A DNA stretch of 64,000 bases from Vulcanimicrobiales bacterium (GTDB lineage: Bacteria; Vulcanimicrobiota; Vulcanimicrobiia; Vulcanimicrobiales; Vulcanimicrobiaceae). Shown here piece by piece: positions 37,309 through 46,628 of the stretch. Under the pieces are notes generated by a model. It did not search any database, was not told the DNA's origin, and worked only from the letters and a program-made list of their open reading frames with translations. The stretch spans positions 32,001-96,000 of the forward strand of contig JBBRLI010000006.1 of the NCBI GenBank assembly GCA_038231455.1, written 5' to 3'. The translations under genes were made by a program, and so were the position numbers. Position 1 is the stretch's first letter; the number at the start of each line of letters is the position of its first letter.

Positions 37309-39959
37309 TGCAGCAAGAGATGGAACTCGGGTCAACCGTGCCGCCGCCCGAGAGCGCACGGCTCATGCTGCTCGATACGTACGGGCTCGTGTACCGCGCG
37401 TTCTTCGCGCTGCCAATGCTCACAACAGTCGCGGGAATGCCGATCAACGCGGCCTACGGTTTCACGATGATGCTCACCAAGATCATCGCCGACGAGAAGC
37501 CGACGCACGTGATCGCGGCGTTCGACAAAGGCTTGCCGGCGGCACGCATCAAGCTCTATCCCGAATATAAAGCGCAACGCGAATCGACGCCCGACGAACT
37601 GCGCCCGCAGTTCGCACTCGTGCGCAAGATTCTCGGCACGTACAAGATCCCGATCATCGAAGTGGACGGCGAAGAAGCCGATGACGTAATCGCGACGCTC
37701 GCGCGGCAAGCGGGGGAAGCGTTGCAGCACGTTGCCGTCGTGACAGGGGATCTCGATCTCTTGCAAATCGTCGACGAGCGCACGACCGTGCTCACGACGC
37801 GGCGCGGTATCACGGATCTCGGCCGGTACGACACGGCCGCCGTGCGCGAGCGCTTCGACCTCGAGCCGCTGCAATTGCCCGACTATCGCGGTCTCAAAGG
37901 CGATCCGTCCGATAATTTGCCGGGGATTCCGGGCGTGGGTGAAAAGACGGCGATCAAATTGATCAAAGCGGCGGGCTCGCTCGATGCGTTGCTCGCCGAT
38001 CCGAACCTTGCCGGCAAAGAGAAGCTCGCAAATCTGATTCGCGAATATGGCGCGCAGGCAAAAGTGTGCCGCGATGTCTCGGTCATCGGACGCGACCTCC
38101 CGATTTCGATCGACTGGGCACACGCGACGTTCACGCAGCCGCCGGCAGACGATCTCTATCATCTCTACCGCGAACTCGAGTTCAAGACGCTGCTGAATAA
38201 GCTCGATGTGACGCCGAGCGCCGAGGCCGCTCCCACCGAAGAGCGGCTGCACGGAAACTACGCGACGTTCGTAAACGCGACGGATCCGCCGGACTTCGTT
38301 AAACTCCGCGAACTGCTCGACGCCGCAGGTTCTGCGGATCGTGTCGCGGTTGCCATGCACGATGAGACGATCGGTATCTCAACGCAAGACGGCACCGGTT
38401 TTTCTTTTCTTGCAAGCGCCCTCGCACAAGCGCCCGTTCGCGCATCCTTCGAACGGGTTTGGACGACGGGTGGCGCGCTCGTCACGCACGACGTGAAGAT
38501 GCTGATCGTCAAACTTGGGCTCGAGCCGCGCTACGCGCACGATGACGTGATGATCGCCGCGCATTTACTCGATGGGCGTTCGTTTGCAAAGCTCGATGAT
38601 GCCGCGCGCGCGTTTCTGAGTGTTGGCTTGCCCGATGAAGTGGCGGCGTTTGCCGATGCCACCTACCGATTAGCGTTTGTCTTGCGCGCGGAACTCGAAC
38701 GTCGCGACCAGCTCGCTCTCTATACCGATGTGGAGCTTCCGCTAGCAACGGTGCTGGCGAAGTGCGAGCTCGCCGGAATCGCACTCGACCCCGCCGCGCT
38801 CGGCGATCTCTCCGCGACGGTCGATGCCGCCGTCGAACGTCTTGCCGCCGAAATTTACGATATCGCCGGCGAAACATTCAACATCGGGTCGCCGCAGCAA
38901 CTCGGACGGATCCTCTTCGACCAATTGGGACTGCCGCACGGCGGCAAGAACAAAACCGGCTATGCGACGGGCGTCGAAGTGCTGCAGGGACTTGCGCGCA
39001 TCTACCCGGTTGCGGCAAAGGTGCTCGAATACCGCGAAGTTACCAAACTCAAGAATACCTACATCGACGTTCTGCCAACGCTTGTCGATGCGCACTCGCG
39101 CGTCCACACCTTCTTCAATCAAACCTCGACTGCGACCGGACGTCTTTCATCGACGAATCCGAATTTGCAAAACATCCCCGTGCGCAGCGATCTTGGGCGC
39201 CAAGTGCGGCTTGCGTTCGTGGCACCGCGGGCCGACCGGATTCTGCTCGCCGCCGACTACTCGCAGATCGAACTGCGGCTCATGGCGCACCTCTCGGGTG
39301 ATGAGGCGATGCGTGCGGCTTTTCACGAAGGTCAGGACATCCACGACTTCACCGCGCGCCGCATCTTCGATATCGGACCGTTTGCAGAAGTCTCGCCCAA
39401 TCAGCGGCGCATGGCGAAGGCCGTCAATTTTGGATTGCTCTACGGCATGTCCGATTTTGGTTTAGCGCAGCGTTTGGAGATCGAGCGGGCCGAAGCAAAA
39501 GCGATTAGCACGGCCTACTTCGCGCGCTTTCCCGGCGTCCGCGCCTACATCGACGCGTGTTTGGAAGAGGGACGCGACCGAGGCTACGTGAGCACACTAC
39601 TCGGTCGGCGGCGATTCATGCCCGATCTTCGCGCGCGCAACTACGGCCTGCGCGCCGCCGCCGAACGCGAGGCAACAAACGCCCCGCTTCAAGGCAGCGC
39701 GGCCGATCTCATGAAGCTCGCGATGGTGCGCCTCGATCGGCGACTCGCAAACGAATCGGTCGATGCCCAGATGCTCTTGCAAATTCACGACGAGTTGATC
39801 TTTGAGGTCGCGATCGCCGATGTCGATGCCGTGGCTCGTATCGTGAAGACGGAGATGGAAGGCTCGATTGCTCTAAGCGTGCCGATCGAAGTGACCCTGA
39901 AGACGGGAAGTACGTGGTACGACGTTCAGAATTTCGAGGCAGCGGACGATGATGCGTAG
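37308..39959 (+). CDS. polA: DNA polymerase I
   Basis: EADDVIATL, GDPSDNLPGIPGVGEKTA, TGRLSSTNPNLQNIP, ADYSQIELR, QIHDEL. Confidence 0.98.
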   Translation: MQQEMELGSTVPPPESARLMLLDTYGLVYRAFFALPMLTTVAGMPINAAYGFTMMLTKIIADEKPTHVIAAFDKGLPAARIKLYPEYKAQRESTPDELRPQFALVRKILGTYKIPIIEVDGEEADDVIATLARQAGEALQHVAVVTGDLDLLQIVDERTTVLTTRRGITDLGRYDTAAVRERFDLEPLQLPDYRGLKGDPSDNLPGIPGVGEKTAIKLIKAAGSLDALLADPNLAGKEKLANLIREYGAQAKVCRDVSVIGRDLPISIDWAHATFTQPPADDLYHLYRELEFKTLLNKLDVTPSAEAAPTEERLHGNYATFVNATDPPDFVKLRELLDAAGSADRVAVAMHDETIGISTQDGTGFSFLASALAQAPVRASFERVWTTGGALVTHDVKMLIVKLGLEPRYAHDDVMIAAHLLDGRSFAKLDDAARAFLSVGLPDEVAAFADATYRLAFVLRAELERRDQLALYTDVELPLATVLAKCELAGIALDPAALGDLSATVDAAVERLAAEIYDIAGETFNIGSPQQLGRILFDQLGLPHGGKNKTGYATGVEVLQGLARIYPVAAKVLEYREVTKLKNTYIDVLPTLVDAHSRVHTFFNQTSTATGRLSSTNPNLQNIPVRSDLGRQVRLAFVAPRADRILLAADYSQIELRLMAHLSGDEAMRAAFHEGQDIHDFTARRIFDIGPFAEVSPNQRRMAKAVNFGLLYGMSDFGLAQRLEIERAEAKAISTAYFARFPGVRAYIDACLEEGRDRGYVSTLLGRRRFMPDLRARNYGLRAAAEREATNAPLQGSAADLMKLAMVRLDRRLANESVDAQMLLQIHDELIFEVAIADVDAVARIVKTEMEGSIALSVPIEVTLKTGSTWYDVQNFEAADDDA

Positions 39960-40449
39960 CCTGGTGTTGCCGATGCTCGTGCTCGTGCTCGCGTGCGCCG
40001 GCGCCGCGCGTGCCGATGATCCCGCGTGCGCGACGGCGACGCCGTATCCGACCAGCGGCGCGACGACGATCGAACTCACCGCTCCGCACGCGAAACTGCA
40101 CGTGCAAGTCGTCGCTAGCTACGCAACGCGCGAACGCGGGCTCATGTGTATCACCGCACTGCCGGAAAATGTCGGCATGATCTTTGTTTTTCCCACCCCG
40201 GGTAAACTGAATTTCTGGATGAAAGATACGCGCATTCCGCTCGACATGGTGTGGGTCGCAAGCGATGGCGTCGTGACGGCCGTCGCGGCAAAGGTTCCGC
40301 GCACGAAGCCGGGCACGCCGGATGACGAGATCGCAACGCGGCAAGGCGAGGGCCGCTATGTGATCGAGCTCGCCGCGGGCGCCGCGGCACGCGCGGGTAT
40401 CAAGCGCGGGACGAAACTCACGCTACCGCCACTTTCCGCGAGCGACTGA
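39949..40449 (+). CDS. DUF192 family protein
   Basis: RERGLM, GMIFVF, FWMKDTRIPLD, YVIELAAG. Confidence 0.92.
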   Translation: MMRSLVLPMLVLVLACAGAARADDPACATATPYPTSGATTIELTAPHAKLHVQVVASYATRERGLMCITALPENVGMIFVFPTPGKLNFWMKDTRIPLDMVWVASDGVVTAVAAKVPRTKPGTPDDEIATRQGEGRYVIELAAGAAARAGIKRGTKLTLPPLSASD

Positions 40450-41279
40450 TGCACGGCCGAACGCTCCTCGGCGCGTTTGCCGCGGCGTTCGTTCTCACCG
40501 CGCGCGCCAGCGCGCAGACCGATGCCGATCTGAGGCCCGACCAGCTACTCGTGCGCGCGAAGCTGACGTACCACGCGCATCCGCTTCCGCCGTTCGTCGT
40601 CTATACACTCGAACGACACGAACGCTCTGAGGGCACGATCGATTTTGCCGACACGTACAACTTGCGGCTCTGGTGTCGCACGAGCGATAACTCGTGCCTT
40701 GCGCGACGGCTGGTGAACGGTCGCGTGAGCGGCCCGCTCGAAAATCTGTTTCCGCGATTTAACGCCCCGATCGATCCCGGTCCGCCGACCGTCGATCTCT
40801 TCGAACCGCCACCGCCCGCAAAGACGGTCCTACCCAAGCCGGCCGAGGCCGCACCTGCCGCGAATATTCCGTCGATCGGCACGGTGCGGGTCACGACGGA
40901 ATTTGATTTTCGTGCGCGCGGCGCGCGTCGCCTCGGCGAGACGATCGAACTTTCGGTCGAACCCCGACGTGACCCCGATCGCAACCGTGCGCAGACGATG
41001 ATCGTCGATGCCAAGTCGTTTGAATTGCGCCAAGTCATCGCACGCGATCGCCTGTACTTCCTGGGAAGCCCCACGAGCTATCCCGAGACCTTTACGATCG
41101 ATTTGCAAATGCTGGGCGGCCGGCCGGTTCTCAAGATGATCCACGGCCGGACCGGTGAGGGTCTCGATTCGGAAGTCACCTATCTCTACCGAGACATTTC
41201 GTTCCCGGCTACGTTACCGGACTGGTATTTCGTTCCCGCGACCTACGGCGCGCATGTCGCCGATGCTCCCGAAAGCTAA
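40449..41279 (+). CDS. Secreted hypothetical protein, paralog of 41288-42142
   Basis: Signal peptide; shares motifs with the next gene. Confidence 0.8.
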   Translation: MHGRTLLGAFAAAFVLTARASAQTDADLRPDQLLVRAKLTYHAHPLPPFVVYTLERHERSEGTIDFADTYNLRLWCRTSDNSCLARRLVNGRVSGPLENLFPRFNAPIDPGPPTVDLFEPPPPAKTVLPKPAEAAPAANIPSIGTVRVTTEFDFRARGARRLGETIELSVEPRRDPDRNRAQTMIVDAKSFELRQVIARDRLYFLGSPTSYPETFTIDLQMLGGRPVLKMIHGRTGEGLDSEVTYLYRDISFPATLPDWYFVPATYGAHVADAPES

Positions 41280-41287
41280 CCGAACGC

Positions 41288-42142
41288 ATGATGAAAACCG
41301 GAGCCGCGCTTCTCGCGCTCGCGCTCACCGCCGCTTCTCCCGCGCCCGAGGTGACGCCCTCACCCACGCCGCAGCGCGTCCTCGCGATCATCCGCAACCA
41401 ATTTCGCTTGCATCGCCCGCCGCCGCCGTTTATTCAATACACGATCCAGCGCGTTCAGAAGACGGACCGTGGCTATCCCGACTACTCCGCGAGCTATACC
41501 GAGAAACTCTGGACGCGCAACCTCGATCGCGCCGCGCTCAAGCGTCGCGTCTTCCCGTACGGGGGGCTGGGACCGCCGGAGTTCGAGCGCCCGGCTTTCA
41601 ACGAAGACCGCGATCCAGGTCCGCCCACAGCCGACATCTTCGAACCGGCGCCAAAGAAGCCGACCAAAGTATCCGACGTTCCGACTCCGGAGCCGAACGC
41701 CACGGTGTTCAAGACGATCGGAACCGTCACGGCGACCGGCGAATACGACTACTACGTGGACGATCTCAAGATCGAAGCAAACCTCGTACACTTGACGCTG
41801 CGTCCGGTGCGCGATCCGGAGCGTAACCGGCTACGCGAAGTTTACGCCAACAAAGACACCTTCGAAGTCACGCGACTCATCGCGCACGATCGGCTTTTCG
41901 TCCAAGGCGATAAAATCTACGATACGACCTTCGACATTCGTGTGGGCTCGCTTGAGGGTCACCCGGTCGTCACGAGCATTCACGGCGAAGTCGGTAAGGC
42001 AAGCGACGGCAGCGACTACATCGGCGACGGGAAAACCGTCGACTACACGTTCACGGAGATCAAGTTTCCAGCGACGATGCCGGATTGGTATTTTAACAAC
42101 CGAACGTATGCGCAGCACCAACAAGAAGTCCCGAGCAAATAA
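41288..42142 (+). CDS. Secreted hypothetical protein, paralog of 40449-41279
   Basis: Signal peptide; DPGPPTAD, RDPERNR, FPATMPDWYF. Confidence 0.8.
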   Translation: MMKTGAALLALALTAASPAPEVTPSPTPQRVLAIIRNQFRLHRPPPPFIQYTIQRVQKTDRGYPDYSASYTEKLWTRNLDRAALKRRVFPYGGLGPPEFERPAFNEDRDPGPPTADIFEPAPKKPTKVSDVPTPEPNATVFKTIGTVTATGEYDYYVDDLKIEANLVHLTLRPVRDPERNRLREVYANKDTFEVTRLIAHDRLFVQGDKIYDTTFDIRVGSLEGHPVVTSIHGEVGKASDGSDYIGDGKTVDYTFTEIKFPATMPDWYFNNRTYAQHQQEVPSK

Positions 42143-42173
42143 AAAAAGAGAGACGATTTCGTCTCTCTTTTTT
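42141..42173. terminator. Bidirectional intrinsic terminator
   Basis: AAAAAAAGAGAGACG-ATTT-CGTCTCTCTTTTTT between convergent genes. Confidence 0.85.
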
Positions 42174-42187
42174 AACCAGTTCGAAAA

Positions 42188-43027
42188 CTAGTGAGCGAGT
42201 TGGTCCAGCATCGCCGGGATCGCTGCAAGCTCCGCAGCGGTTGCGGGGCGCACCGTGCGTGGTTGCACGGCCATCGTCTGGCGCTTCACATCGAACGCCG
42301 TTGCGGCGTTGACGCTAAACGATGAGATGTTGAGGAGCGTTCCGCTGATGGTAAGATTTGCAAATCCGACTCCGCGTGCAAAACCGAACCCGAAGCTACT
42401 CGTACTCTGCGTTAGCACTTCTTGCGCCACGTTGTTGATCGTCGTATTCGCACCGAGGGTCTGCGTACCGCCGACCGATGTGATATTCGATGTCGCCGGA
42501 TATGCCGACGAACCCGCGCCCGCGGCAAAGCCGAACGATTCACCGGCCGTCGGCGCATCGTCGATAACGACGACGCCCGGGACCTTCCCGTCGAGTGAAT
42601 ACTCCAAGGTCAGAACCGTGTTGCCGCCGTCTTGTGAGAGGCCGGTGAAATACGTTACCGCATGTCCCGCATAGGTGCCGCTCGGGTAGCTGCCTTTGGA
42701 GTAGTAGAAGATCCCGGATTGCACGCCGGCCGGCGAGTACAAGCCGATGCCTTCGGTTTTTATGCCTTGGATCGCGCAGCCATTGCACGAAAGACTGATC
42801 GAACCGAGATCCCGCATCGTACCGCCGCTGGTGTACGTCCACGTATTCCCCGCGGTGAGCGGCAAGTATTGGGTTGCGGACGTATTCGCTACCGTGTTCG
42901 GCGGCGCGGTCGGCGTGGAGACCGGCGAACTTCCACCGCCGCCGCCGCCGCATGCCGTGAGCGGAACGAACAAAGCGAAAGCAGCACCCATCAAAGCGCG
43001 ACGCGCCAGGATTGAAATTTTTGTCAC
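42188..43027 (-). CDS. Hypothetical lipoprotein
   Basis: LTAC lipobox followed by poly-Gly; YLPLTAGNTWTY. Confidence 0.75.
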   Translation of the reverse strand: MTKISILARRALMGAAFALFVPLTACGGGGGGSSPVSTPTAPPNTVANTSATQYLPLTAGNTWTYTSGGTMRDLGSISLSCNGCAIQGIKTEGIGLYSPAGVQSGIFYYSKGSYPSGTYAGHAVTYFTGLSQDGGNTVLTLEYSLDGKVPGVVVIDDAPTAGESFGFAAGAGSSAYPATSNITSVGGTQTLGANTTINNVAQEVLTQSTSSFGFGFARGVGFANLTISGTLLNISSFSVNAATAFDVKRQTMAVQPRTVRPATAAELAAIPAMLDQLAH

Positions 43028-43141
43028 CCGAGTACACCCCTATGCGTGCGGCCACGTGCAAAAGGCACGGAGCCAGTATTGAGTTGTCGTTCGCCACGGA
43101 ACCGGAGCGAATCTCTTTCGAGCCGCATCGGTTTCTCGTAG

Positions 43142-43960
43142 ATGGTGCCTGAATTACCGGAAGTCGAGACGATCGCGCGTGGACTCGCAAACAACATCGT
43201 CGGCAAGACGATCGAGACCGCCGAGGTCTTCATGTTGAAGATCGTCGTCCATCCGCCGGGGCAGAGTTTGAACGACCACCTCGCCGGCGAGACAATCGCC
43301 GCCGTCGGTCGGCGCGCGAAATTCGTCGTTATGACGCTCGTGTCGGGTCGTAAAATTACGGTTCATTTGCGAATGACCGGTCGCTTGATCGTCCAGCCTG
43401 CGGGCACCCGGGAACCCGAGCCGTACACCCACGTTTTACTCACGTTTACCGACGAAACGCGCCTGTGCTTTGCCGATATGCGGCAGTTTGGGCGGATGCG
43501 GCTCTTAGAGCGGGGCGATCCGTGGGACGCGGACGGTGGGATCGAGCCCCTTTCCGAGGGGTTTACCTCGGAACGGTTTGTGAGTATGCTGGACGGACGC
43601 AGGACTCCCATCAAAAGCTTTTTGCTCGATCAAAAGCAGATCGCTGGGATTGGGAACATCTATGCGTGTGAAGCGCTCTGGGCGGCGGGGATTCGTCCCA
43701 CCCGGCCAGCGCACAAACTCACCAAACCGGCTCGCCGGCGTCTCCACGAAGCCTTACGCACCGTTCTGTCCGTGGCATGTGAAATGCGCGGAACGAGCGT
43801 CGACGACTATGTCGATGCCGAGGGCCTCAAAGGGGGCTTCCAAAACGTCTTAACCGTCTATGGCCGCCTTGGCGAGCCATGTCCACGCTGCGGGCAACCA
43901 ATCGTGCGGACGGTCCTCGGACAACGCGGAACCTGGTGGTGCCGCGGATGCCAAAAATAA
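43142..43960 (+). CDS. mutM: Formamidopyrimidine-DNA glycosylase
   Basis: PELPEVET, HLRMTG, GIGNIYACE, CPRCG...CRGCQ zinc finger; real start probably GTG 43145. Confidence 0.97.
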   Translation: MVPELPEVETIARGLANNIVGKTIETAEVFMLKIVVHPPGQSLNDHLAGETIAAVGRRAKFVVMTLVSGRKITVHLRMTGRLIVQPAGTREPEPYTHVLLTFTDETRLCFADMRQFGRMRLLERGDPWDADGGIEPLSEGFTSERFVSMLDGRRTPIKSFLLDQKQIAGIGNIYACEALWAAGIRPTRPAHKLTKPARRRLHEALRTVLSVACEMRGTSVDDYVDAEGLKGGFQNVLTVYGRLGEPCPRCGQPIVRTVLGQRGTWWCRGCQK

Positions 43961-44137
43961 CAAGAATCACTCGGGCTACTTTTGTCCCCTTCGGACCCCC
44001 TCGCGAGCGATCGTGAAGCCGAATTGGACCCGGGCCCAGAGTTTGGGGGACTTGCGTGAACCCACGCAAGTGGTCCGTCGCTCATCCGAAGCATGCGACT
44101 TCATCGAACGACGCGACCGATTTATGAGGAAACACTT

Positions 44138-45298
44138 ATCACTACCGAATTAGCGCCTGCCCCGGTCATCGAAGAAGAAGAAGACCAGCTCGCTCTCGAG
44201 CAGCGCCTCTACGAAGAGAGCCTCAAAGTTCTCGACGAAGGCCAGGTCCTGACCGGCGTCATCGTCGCAAAATACCAAGACGAATTGCTCGTCGACATCG
44301 GCGGCAAGTCCGAAGGTACGCTTCCCTTCCGCGAGCTGTCGCTTGCGATCGAACCAAAAGAACTCAAAGTCGGTGACACCCTCGAAGTCATGATCCACCG
44401 GATCGATGACCAAGATGGTTCCTTATTCCTGAGCGAACGCCGCGCGCGCGCACTCAAGACGTGGGAAAAAGTTATCGCAGCGCACGACAACGATGAAGTG
44501 ATCGAAGCAACGGTCACGCAAGTCGTCAAGGGCGGCGTTCTGGTCGACCTCGGCATGCGCGGCTTCGTCCCCGCATCGCAGATCCGTCGTCAGCCCGTCG
44601 GCAACCTCGACGAACTCGTCGGCAAACGTCTGCGCCTCAAAGTGATCGACCTCGATCACAAACGCCATCGGGTCGTGCTCTCGCAGCGCCAAGTTCTGGA
44701 AGAAGAACTCAACCAGAAGAAACAGGAACTGCTCGGCACCCTGACCGTCGGTCAGATCCGCGAAGGCGTCGTCGTTCGTCTTGCAGAGTTCGGCGCATTC
44801 GTCGACCTCGGCGGCATCGACGGCCTCATCCACAACAGCGAACTCTCGTACGCCCGCATCAAGCACCCCTCAGAGGTGGTGAAGATCGGCGACGTCGTCT
44901 CGGTCGAAGTGATGAAGTTCGATCCCGACGCGAAGAAAGTTTCGCTCTCGCTCAAGCACGCGTTGCCCGACCCGTGGGTCGAGCACGCCGACAAGCTGTT
45001 CGAATCGAACAAGCTCGTCGCGCAAATCGTCAAAGTCACCCCGAACTATCTTCTGGTCGAGATCGTCCCCGGTGTGCTCGCGATGGTGCCCAAAGGCGAA
45101 TTCGATCCGGCCAAGCAGTATAGCCCCGGCGAAGAAGTCGACGTTACGCTGCTCACGATCAATCAGGGAACGCGCCGTATCACCGGCTCGATCCAACACG
45201 TCGCGGACGTTGCGCCCGAAGAACTCGATTACGTTGCCGAAGAACTCGGCGGCGGATTCGGAACCCTCGGCGCGGAGTTGGCAGCTCAGAACGTCTAA
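44138..45298 (+). CDS. rpsA: 30S ribosomal protein S1 (short, about four S1 domains)
   Basis: [37 protein letters not shown]; start placed at ATC 44138 from the SD (ORF track gives 44093). Confidence 0.9.
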   Translation: MTTELAPAPVIEEEEDQLALEQRLYEESLKVLDEGQVLTGVIVAKYQDELLVDIGGKSEGTLPFRELSLAIEPKELKVGDTLEVMIHRIDDQDGSLFLSERRARALKTWEKVIAAHDNDEVIEATVTQVVKGGVLVDLGMRGFVPASQIRRQPVGNLDELVGKRLRLKVIDLDHKRHRVVLSQRQVLEEELNQKKQELLGTLTVGQIREGVVVRLAEFGAFVDLGGIDGLIHNSELSYARIKHPSEVVKIGDVVSVEVMKFDPDAKKVSLSLKHALPDPWVEHADKLFESNKLVAQIVKVTPNYLLVEIVPGVLAMVPKGEFDPAKQYSPGEEVDVTLLTINQGTRRITGSIQHVADVAPEELDYVAEELGGGFGTLGAELAAQNV

Positions 45299-45299
45299 G

Positions 45300-45905
45300 C
45301 TGCGCGTCGGTCTCACCGGCGGAATAGGTTCGGGGAAGAACGCGGTCGCCGCGTTCTTTTCTGATTCTGGCGCCACCATCATCGACGCCGACGCGCTCGC
45401 GCGCGATGTCGTCGCGCCCGGGACCGGCGGTCTTACCGAAATCGCGCGCTTCTGGCCGCAGACCATCGTCGAGGGCGCGCTCGATCGGGCGAAACTCTCG
45501 GCGGTCGTTTTTTCCGATCCACATGCACGCGAGACGCTTGAGGCAATCGTGCATCCGCGCGTCCGCGCTCGCGCCGCCGACCTCGAGGCGCAAGCGCCTT
45601 CGAACAGCATCGTCGTGCACATGATCCCGCTACTCTTCGAGGGCGACTACTGGCGGGAGTGTGATGTGAACGTGCTGGTGTATGCGCCAATCGAAGATCG
45701 GATTGCGCGCGTGATGAAACGCGACGGCCTCTCGCGGGCCGAGATTGAAGCGCGCATGGTGGCGCAAATCGATCAAGAGAAAGCCCGGAAGATGGCCGAT
45801 TACGTGATCGAAAACGACGAGGATCTCGCGACGCTCATTCAGCGCGCGGCCGACGTGCTCGGGGCGCTTTCGATGTTCCGTCAGAAACCGGGCGAACGCA
45901 ACTGA
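45300..45905 (+). CDS. coaE: Dephospho-CoA kinase
   Basis: RVGLTGGIGSGK, IIDAD, LDRAKL, IVHP, IPLLFE, ADYVIEN; probable CTG start. Confidence 0.93.
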   Translation: MRVGLTGGIGSGKNAVAAFFSDSGATIIDADALARDVVAPGTGGLTEIARFWPQTIVEGALDRAKLSAVVFSDPHARETLEAIVHPRVRARAADLEAQAPSNSIVVHMIPLLFEGDYWRECDVNVLVYAPIEDRIARVMKRDGLSRAEIEARMVAQIDQEKARKMADYVIENDEDLATLIQRAADVLGALSMFRQKPGERN

Positions 45906-45918
45906 AGGCATCCCTTGC

Positions 45919-46584
45919 ATGGTCCCTTTCGCGACGCTCGAAGAGAGCCGCATGATCGCGCGGGAGTCGATAGAGCTCAACGTTTTCGAGACGGCCTATT
46001 CGCTGAAGTTTCCCGAGCGGGCGCCCGGGCATCTCGATGAATTTAAACACATGCTGCCGCCGGGACCCGACGCTGCGGGTGTGCCGATTCACGTCGAACC
46101 GCAAGGTCGGCAAGAATGGGTGCTCGTCGTTAATGGACTCGTGCCGGACGGGGCGCCCGAGAGCGAACTCGCCGTCGTCGCGTTGCCGCGCACCGATACG
46201 TTTCTCGTCGCGGCGCGCGGCGGTGAAGCGTACGGCGTGTACGTCGATCGTCCCGGCCAGTATTTGCCGCTGACCAAAGGCGTCACCGGCATTCGGCCGA
46301 TGCGCAGCCGCGAGTGCGTGCTCTTCACGACGACGGCCGGTGTTGAGTGTTGGGCGCGCACCGGTAAACGCTGGTCGGTCCCATTCAAAGGCTTCCCCGA
46401 TATCCGCATTGTCGATGCGACGCAGGCCGACGTCGTCGTCTACGGACACGACACGACCCGCTCGAATACGCCGGTGTGGTATGCAATCGGCATCAGCGAC
46501 GGGCGTTCCAAGCCCATCAATCCGCTGCCCGATATCAAAACCGATGGGCTGCCGTTCCTCGATAAGCGGAACGCCCTCAACTAG
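45919..46584 (+). CDS. Hypothetical protein
   Basis: 221-aa ORF co-oriented in the gap, protein-like composition. Confidence 0.65.
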   Translation: MVPFATLEESRMIARESIELNVFETAYSLKFPERAPGHLDEFKHMLPPGPDAAGVPIHVEPQGRQEWVLVVNGLVPDGAPESELAVVALPRTDTFLVAARGGEAYGVYVDRPGQYLPLTKGVTGIRPMRSRECVLFTTTAGVECWARTGKRWSVPFKGFPDIRIVDATQADVVVYGHDTTRSNTPVWYAIGISDGRSKPINPLPDIKTDGLPFLDKRNALN

Positions 46585-46628
46585 AGAGACGAAGCGGAAG
46601 TGGCGGAGTGCATCGCGTAGACGCGCCG

